From: Halomicronema hongdechloris C2206
GTDB taxonomy: Bacteria; Cyanobacteriota; Cyanobacteriia; Phormidesmidales; Phormidesmidaceae
Direction: 5' to 3'
Assembly: GCF_002075285.3 (NCBI RefSeq)
Contig: NZ_CP021983.2
Coordinates: forward strand, 4,500,001 to 4,532,000
DNA length: 32,000 bases
In this document: positions 27,734 through 32,000 of the stretch, piece after piece
Layout of the letters: each line of letters begins with the position of its first letter
How positions within the stretch are numbered: the first letter of the stretch is position 1
Program-made: the position numbers and the translations under genes
The notes under the pieces: model-generated
The model's input: only the letters and a program-made list of their open reading frames with translations
What the model was told of the DNA's origin: nothing
Databases searched by the model: none

Positions 27734-27971
27734 AAATGTCCACTCAGATCATTGTGCCAGCCTAGAACCAGCTCCTCTGAGAGAGCTGAGAGATACGAAA
27801 AAACCATGCCATGATAGGGAGTTGTGCCAGCCCCTCGCTCATCTGGGCTGACCTACTATTGCAACTTGCTGACTACTGCAGATGACGCGATAGTTAGGCT
27901 CATGCCCCATCCCTGACATGGGCTGCGCCAAGACACTGTGATGCATCCTGCTGCTGTCTACCGTTTGCTAT

Positions 27972-29084
27972 ATGGCTGATTCTCCCCGTCGTGTTTGCAT
28001 TACCCTGGGCACCCGTCCAGAGGCGATCAAGTTGGCCCCGGTGATTCAAGCCTTTCAGCGAGATCCTCAGTACGACACTCGGGTGATTCTGACTGGCCAG
28101 CATCGCGAGATGGTAGATCAGGTAATGGCCCTGTTTGATCTCACCGCCAATGAAGACCTGGCTATCATGCAGCCGCAGCAGACCTTGACCGAGATTACCT
28201 GTCGCAGTTTGCAGGGGTTGGAAACCTGTTTCCAACGGCTCCAGCCAGATCTAGTCCTGGTGCAGGGAGATACCTCCACCGCCTTTGCTGCTGCCCTGGC
28301 GGCGTTTTACCGCAAGATTCCCGTAGGGCATGTGGAAGCGGGGTTACGCACCGATGATCTGTTCAATCCCTATCCGGAAGAAGCCAACCGCCGCCTGATT
28401 TCTCAGCTTACCCAACTCCATTTTGCCCCCACCCAGACAGCGGTGAAGCATCTACAGCGCTCCGGCGTCGTCGGCCAAATCCACCACACCGGCAATACCG
28501 TCATCGATGCCCTACTGACGGTGGCGGTCCGCCAGCCTCAATGCCCGATCCCTGGTCTGGATTGGTCAGCCCATCGAGTGGTACTAGCCACGGTGCACCG
28601 GCGGGAAAACTGGGGTCAGCCCTTACAGGGAATTATCCAGGGCTTTTTAAGCCTACTCGATAAGTTCCCAGATACGGCTCTGCTACTGCCGCTACACCGT
28701 AATCCCGTGGTGCGGGAGCCGCTGCAGGCTCAGTTAGGCTCTCATCCCCGAGTATTTTTGAGTGAGCCCCTAGACTATGGGGAACTGGTGGGAGCCCTAC
28801 AGCGGTGTTATTTGCTGCTTACCGATTCTGGTGGCTTGCAGGAAGAAGCCCCTGGCTTGGGGAAGCCGGTATTAGTGTTGCGGCAGACTACAGAGCGACC
28901 TGAGGCCATGGAAGCGGGAACGGCCCGCCTGGTGGGTACCGAGGCTCAGTCCATCGTCGCCGCTGCCTCAGAACTGCTGGGCAATCCAGAGGCCTATGAG
29001 ACCATGGCCCAAGCGATCAATCCCTTCGGCGATGGCCACGCCGCCCAGCGTATTGTCGAGATTGTCAATCGTTATCTCTCCTAA
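27972..29084 (+). CDS. wecB: UDP-N-acetylglucosamine 2-epimerase (non-hydrolysing)
   Basis: The N-terminal ITLGTRPEAIKLAPVI is present, followed by VLVQGDTSTAFAAALAAFY..IPVGHVEAGLRT and LLLTDSGGLQEEAP.LGKPVLVLR..TERPE. Confidence 0.92.
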   Translation: MADSPRRVCITLGTRPEAIKLAPVIQAFQRDPQYDTRVILTGQHREMVDQVMALFDLTANEDLAIMQPQQTLTEITCRSLQGLETCFQRLQPDLVLVQGDTSTAFAAALAAFYRKIPVGHVEAGLRTDDLFNPYPEEANRRLISQLTQLHFAPTQTAVKHLQRSGVVGQIHHTGNTVIDALLTVAVRQPQCPIPGLDWSAHRVVLATVHRRENWGQPLQGIIQGFLSLLDKFPDTALLLPLHRNPVVREPLQAQLGSHPRVFLSEPLDYGELVGALQRCYLLLTDSGGLQEEAPGLGKPVLVLRQTTERPEAMEAGTARLVGTEAQSIVAAASELLGNPEAYETMAQAINPFGDGHAAQRIVEIVNRYLS

Positions 29085-29086
29085 AG

Positions 29087-29356
29087 CTACTCTCCGCCCT
29101 TATCCTCTGGAGGCGATGGCATGTCCAGTAGGTTCTTCTTAGAATCTTTCAACTGTTTCCACAGCTGTTTAATTTCCTTGTAAGCATCGTGGGGGGGCAT
29201 TTTCCCCGCTGTCTCCAGATTGCAGATATAGGAAACCCGCTGGGCAAATTCCTGGAGGTTGGCATTGAAGGTTAAATTCTGAGGCGTGAAGTCTCCTCGG
29301 TACTGACTGCGAGGGTAGAGAAAGTCATCTTTGGACGATGGATCAGAGTTAGCCAT
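29087..29356 (-). CDS. small hypothetical protein (about 89 aa)
   Basis: The ORF is open from 29395. I prefer the internal ATG at 29356 (MANSDPSSKDDFLYPRSQYRGDF..). Its composition is protein-like and hydrophilic, with no motif I recognise. Confidence 0.5.
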   Translation of the reverse strand: MANSDPSSKDDFLYPRSQYRGDFTPQNLTFNANLQEFAQRVSYICNLETAGKMPPHDAYKEIKQLWKQLKDSKKNLLDMPSPPEDKGGE

Positions 29357-29489
29357 AGTACATTTCCTAGCGGTCTGTCTGTCGAGGACGGTCATTGGTC
29401 CTTAGCATAGAGAAGTTTTCTAATATTCGCTTGCTCCCTTTTACTGAGAAGGGCTGTTCCCCAGGTATCAATGCTGTCTTACTGCCGAT

Positions 29490-29987
29490 CTAACTGGGCT
29501 CGTATAGCCGAGCTCGAATCTGCTCCACAGCCTGATCAACCGTGGTAGCCCAGCCAATGGTTTGGGAAGTAAGCCGCTGAAAGAAACGGTAGCTATTAGC
29601 ACTACTCTGGAGCATCACCACCGGTCGATGGGCCTTAATGGCCAGGGCAATTTCTGAGGTAGTGCCGACGCCTAAGCCGCAGGCGACGACTACATGGCTG
29701 GAGAGCACATTGAGATTATTGCGGGCGTTGCCTAAATCGCTCAGGATAGCAATATCAATGGCACTTGATTGCTGGCTGGCGTTGGCTGTGGGCAAAATGC
29801 CTATGGTTAGCCCACCTGCCGATTTAGCCCCTCGGCTGGCGGCATCCATGACGCCTACATTGCGTCCTCCAGTAAGCACCACCCAACCCTGGTGGGCAAT
29901 TTGTTGGCCTAGAGCATAGGCTGTTTCCATCTCAATGGCCGTTGCGCCATCCCCTGGTCCCATGATACCGACAATCGTTTTGGGCAT
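29490..29987 (-). CDS. TIGR00725 / LOG-like (SLOG Rossmann-fold) family protein
   Basis: 165-aa ORF. The sequence IVGIMGPGDG....ALGQQIAHQGWVVLTGGRNVGVMDAASRGAKSAGGLTIGILP fits the lysine-decarboxylase-like / LOG fold pattern. Confidence 0.7.
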   Translation of the reverse strand: MPKTIVGIMGPGDGATAIEMETAYALGQQIAHQGWVVLTGGRNVGVMDAASRGAKSAGGLTIGILPTANASQQSSAIDIAILSDLGNARNNLNVLSSHVVVACGLGVGTTSEIALAIKAHRPVVMLQSSANSYRFFQRLTSQTIGWATTVDQAVEQIRARLYEPS

Positions 29988-29993
29988 GACTCA

Positions 29994-30019
29994 CCTGAAA
30001 TTCTGGCCTGAAATTCTGG
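29994..30019. repeat. perfect tandem duplication, 2 x 13 bp (CCTGAAATTCTGG)
   Basis: Copies lie at 29994-30006 and 30007-30019, six nt upstream of the start codon (29987) of the minus-strand TIGR00725 gene. Confidence 0.95.
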
Positions 30020-30190
30020 CACGTGCAAAAAAACTTGATGCTGTGGACCCTCTCAAGGGCAAGATCCGTCGTTTAGATTAAGAGGGAGTTGCTTACCTCG
30101 TCTGATAGTGACTTTTCCCTGGTCACAGGCCCCTGTCATAGGCTGAGAGAAAAATCCTAGTCATTCCATTCCCTTGATTGCCGCTAACCC

Positions 30191-32000
30191 ATGACTGTCC
30201 AGCTGCTTCGTTTATCGTCTAGCCGCCTTTATTCTGTCCTGCGTTCTGGGCTAGTTGCCCTGGTGGTTTGTGGGCAGGGGATCTTGGCTGGGCCTGCTCT
30301 AGCTGCAGAGCAGATTGAGTTTCGCGTCGGTCCGCTGCGCCATACCGTTAAAATCGAGGATTTAGAGGAGTTCGCCGCAACGGGACAGATTCCCCCCAGA
30401 TTACGGGTGTTTGAGCCCCTGCTGACGGATCAAACCAGAGAAATGCTCAACAGTCATGTGGCCCTAGACCCGGAGGTGAGCGATCGCATCTTAGATGATG
30501 TCTTGCAGTCCTCCAACGGTCAACACTTACTCGATACCCTGGCGGCGGTGGCCCCTAATCTCTCGGTGCAGGAGCTCAAGGCGGCGATCCAATTGGCTGC
30601 CCTGCAAACCCCGGGACTGAGTCTGCTAGGCATCTTACGAGCAATTCCCCAAGATACCTTACAGGTTAATGGAACTGCCCTGATCGGCCTCATTTCCCAA
30701 CTCAACTTTTCCCGTCTAGAGGGAGAGGCCCTAGGGCGAGTCTTAGAGCAAGAGTTGGCCGTATCGACCCCACTAGACGAATCGCTTCATCTAGTGGATC
30801 CCACGCAACCAGGCCCAGAGGAGATCAGGGTTTGGGAACTACGGCTCAACGATCGCAGCCGAGATCGTCGCATCCCTATTGATATCTATTGGAGCCGCCA
30901 AACCCAGGGACCGTTGGTGGTCATGTCCCACGGCTTTGGGGCCGATCGCTATTTTCTAGCCTATTTGGCTCGCCACCTAGCTTCCCACGGTCTCACGGTG
31001 GTGTCGGTGGAACATCCCGGCAGCAATGTGGCGGCCCTGGCCGACATTCCCCTCGACCTACGAGCCGGTCGAGAACCCAGCCGGATTCTGCCGGCCGATG
31101 AGTTTCTAGAGCGCCCGCGGGACATCAGCTTCGTGCTAGATCGCCTGGCCCAGCTGAATGACTCGTCCTTTGCCTTGCGCGATCGCTTGAACACAGACCA
31201 GGTCACTCTGATTGGTCACTCCCTGGGAGGCTATACGGGGTTGGCTCTGGCTGGGGCCCCGTTGGATGTGCGATCGCTACGCCGTAGCTGCGCCGATTTA
31301 GACCCCATTGGCCTTTCCCCAGCCGCCTGGCTCCAGTGTGCTGCCGCCAATCTAGCTTTGCAGCCTCCCTCCTTGAGAGATGAGCGCATCACCCAAGTCA
31401 TGGCCATGAACCCCTTAACTGGCGACTTGTTTAGCGCTCAAGGCTTAAGTCAAATCAAGGTTCCGGTACTACTCCTGGCCGGCACCCAAGACAGCGTCAC
31501 TCCCATCATCGATCAGCAGTTACGGCCCTTTCACCAGTTGACTGGCCCTAAGTATCTCGTCACGGTAGTCGGAGGCACCCATCTGAGCGTTGGCGATCCG
31601 GACAATATCAACCCAGAATTACAGGAAATTCCCTTCATGCCTGAGTTGAGAGGGGAAACCACCGCCCGCCTACGACAATTTTTGCAGGGGCTCAGCCTTA
31701 GCTTTGTGATGCAACAAGGAGAATTGGCTGAGCAATACACCATTTTCCTCACCCCCGAGTATGCCCAGAGCTTTTCAACCCCAGAGCTGAGCCTGCGGTT
31801 AAGCCAATCGCTTCCAGAGAGCCTAACCCGCTGGCTCAATCTCAACCAACAAGCTTGGATCAAACGCGATCGCATGCCAGGCTATCTGGTGTCATTTTTG
31901 CACCTAGAAGCCATTGATATGCACCGTCGCCTGCAGCAGCTTCAACAGCAGATGATTGCCTATCTGCGCACCAGCCCACCGGCGCTGACAGTTGTGCCCT
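30191..32000 (+). CDS. alpha/beta hydrolase with an N-terminal DUF1400-like domain; the 3' end lies outside the window
   Basis: This ORF is not in the supplied track because it has no stop inside the window. I translated from the ATG at 30191 to the window end (603 codons) without meeting a stop. It has a signal-like N-terminus (LVALVVCGQGILAGPALAAE), the sequence EQIEFRVGPLRHTVKIEDLEEFAATGQIP, and then a hydrolase core with VVMSHGFGADR and the nucleophile elbow LIGHSLGG. Confidence 0.82.
   Translation, partial: MTVQLLRLSSSRLYSVLRSGLVALVVCGQGILAGPALAAEQIEFRVGPLRHTVKIEDLEEFAATGQIPPRLRVFEPLLTDQTREMLNSHVALDPEVSDRILDDVLQSSNGQHLLDTLAAVAPNLSVQELKAAIQLAALQTPGLSLLGILRAIPQDTLQVNGTALIGLISQLNFSRLEGEALGRVLEQELAVSTPLDESLHLVDPTQPGPEEIRVWELRLNDRSRDRRIPIDIYWSRQTQGPLVVMSHGFGADRYFLAYLARHLASHGLTVVSVEHPGSNVAALADIPLDLRAGREPSRILPADEFLERPRDISFVLDRLAQLNDSSFALRDRLNTDQVTLIGHSLGGYTGLALAGAPLDVRSLRRSCADLDPIGLSPAAWLQCAAANLALQPPSLRDERITQVMAMNPLTGDLFSAQGLSQIKVPVLLLAGTQDSVTPIIDQQLRPFHQLTGPKYLVTVVGGTHLSVGDPDNINPELQEIPFMPELRGETTARLRQFLQGLSLSFVMQQGELAEQYTIFLTPEYAQSFSTPELSLRLSQSLPESLTRWLNLNQQAWIKRDRMPGYLVSFLHLEAIDMHRRLQQLQQQMIAYLRTSPPALTVVP

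Noticed and set aside
27761-27841. The direct repeat TTGTGCCAGCC occurs twice in the CRR6-like / wecB divergent region.
   Set aside because: It is only 11 bp and two copies, with no further symmetry. It is too weak to call a regulatory site without comparative data.

Overview
This is a cyanobacterial chromosomal segment. The evidence is strong enrichment of the HIP1 octamer GCGATCGC (at least 19 copies counted by eye) and the gene content: dapL, a PaO-type Rieske oxygenase, a CRR6-like protein, a PEP-CTERM protein and a DUF1400 hydrolase.

I can support about 27 protein-coding genes, most of them housekeeping:
- cell wall and sugar metabolism: glmS (3' part), murE, wecB
- amino acid, sulfur and redox: dapL, cysH, sdhB, a glutaredoxin-like protein, a PaO-type Rieske oxygenase, a tandem SagB/ThcOx nitroreductase-like protein
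- transport and membrane: dctQ-dctM, a MarC-family protein, a GTPase-DUF697 protein
- other: a HAD-NurA-WD40 minus-strand gene string, a 944-aa anchored coiled-coil/TPR protein, a DUF62 SAM hydrolase, a CRR6-like protein, a TIGR00725/LOG-like protein
- a DUF1400 alpha/beta hydrolase that runs off the right edge and is missing from the ORF track

I found no rRNA, tRNA or CRISPR array.

The only accessory-looking part is a degraded islet at about 5.6-12.2 kb. It holds a 656-bp unexplained non-coding gap, two mutually truncated dead IS remnants, an orphan gene tail, a multiply frameshifted CrtH-like oxidoreductase, an intact Uma2 endonuclease, a frameshifted PEP-CTERM EEP nuclease/phosphatase, and possibly a frame-broken N-terminus of the GTPase gene.

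I did not find a convincing self-contained novel multi-gene system. The items most worth a second look are:
- the G-rich heptamer / G-quadruplex array between cysH and the glutaredoxin-like gene
- the exact 29-residue repeat array in the coiled-coil/TPR protein
- the 3 x 16-bp tandem repeat upstream of the SagB-like gene
- the HerA-less NurA operon
- the localised cluster of frame disruptions
- the 5.6-6.3 kb non-coding gap

All product names are from motif recognition by eye, not from database searches.
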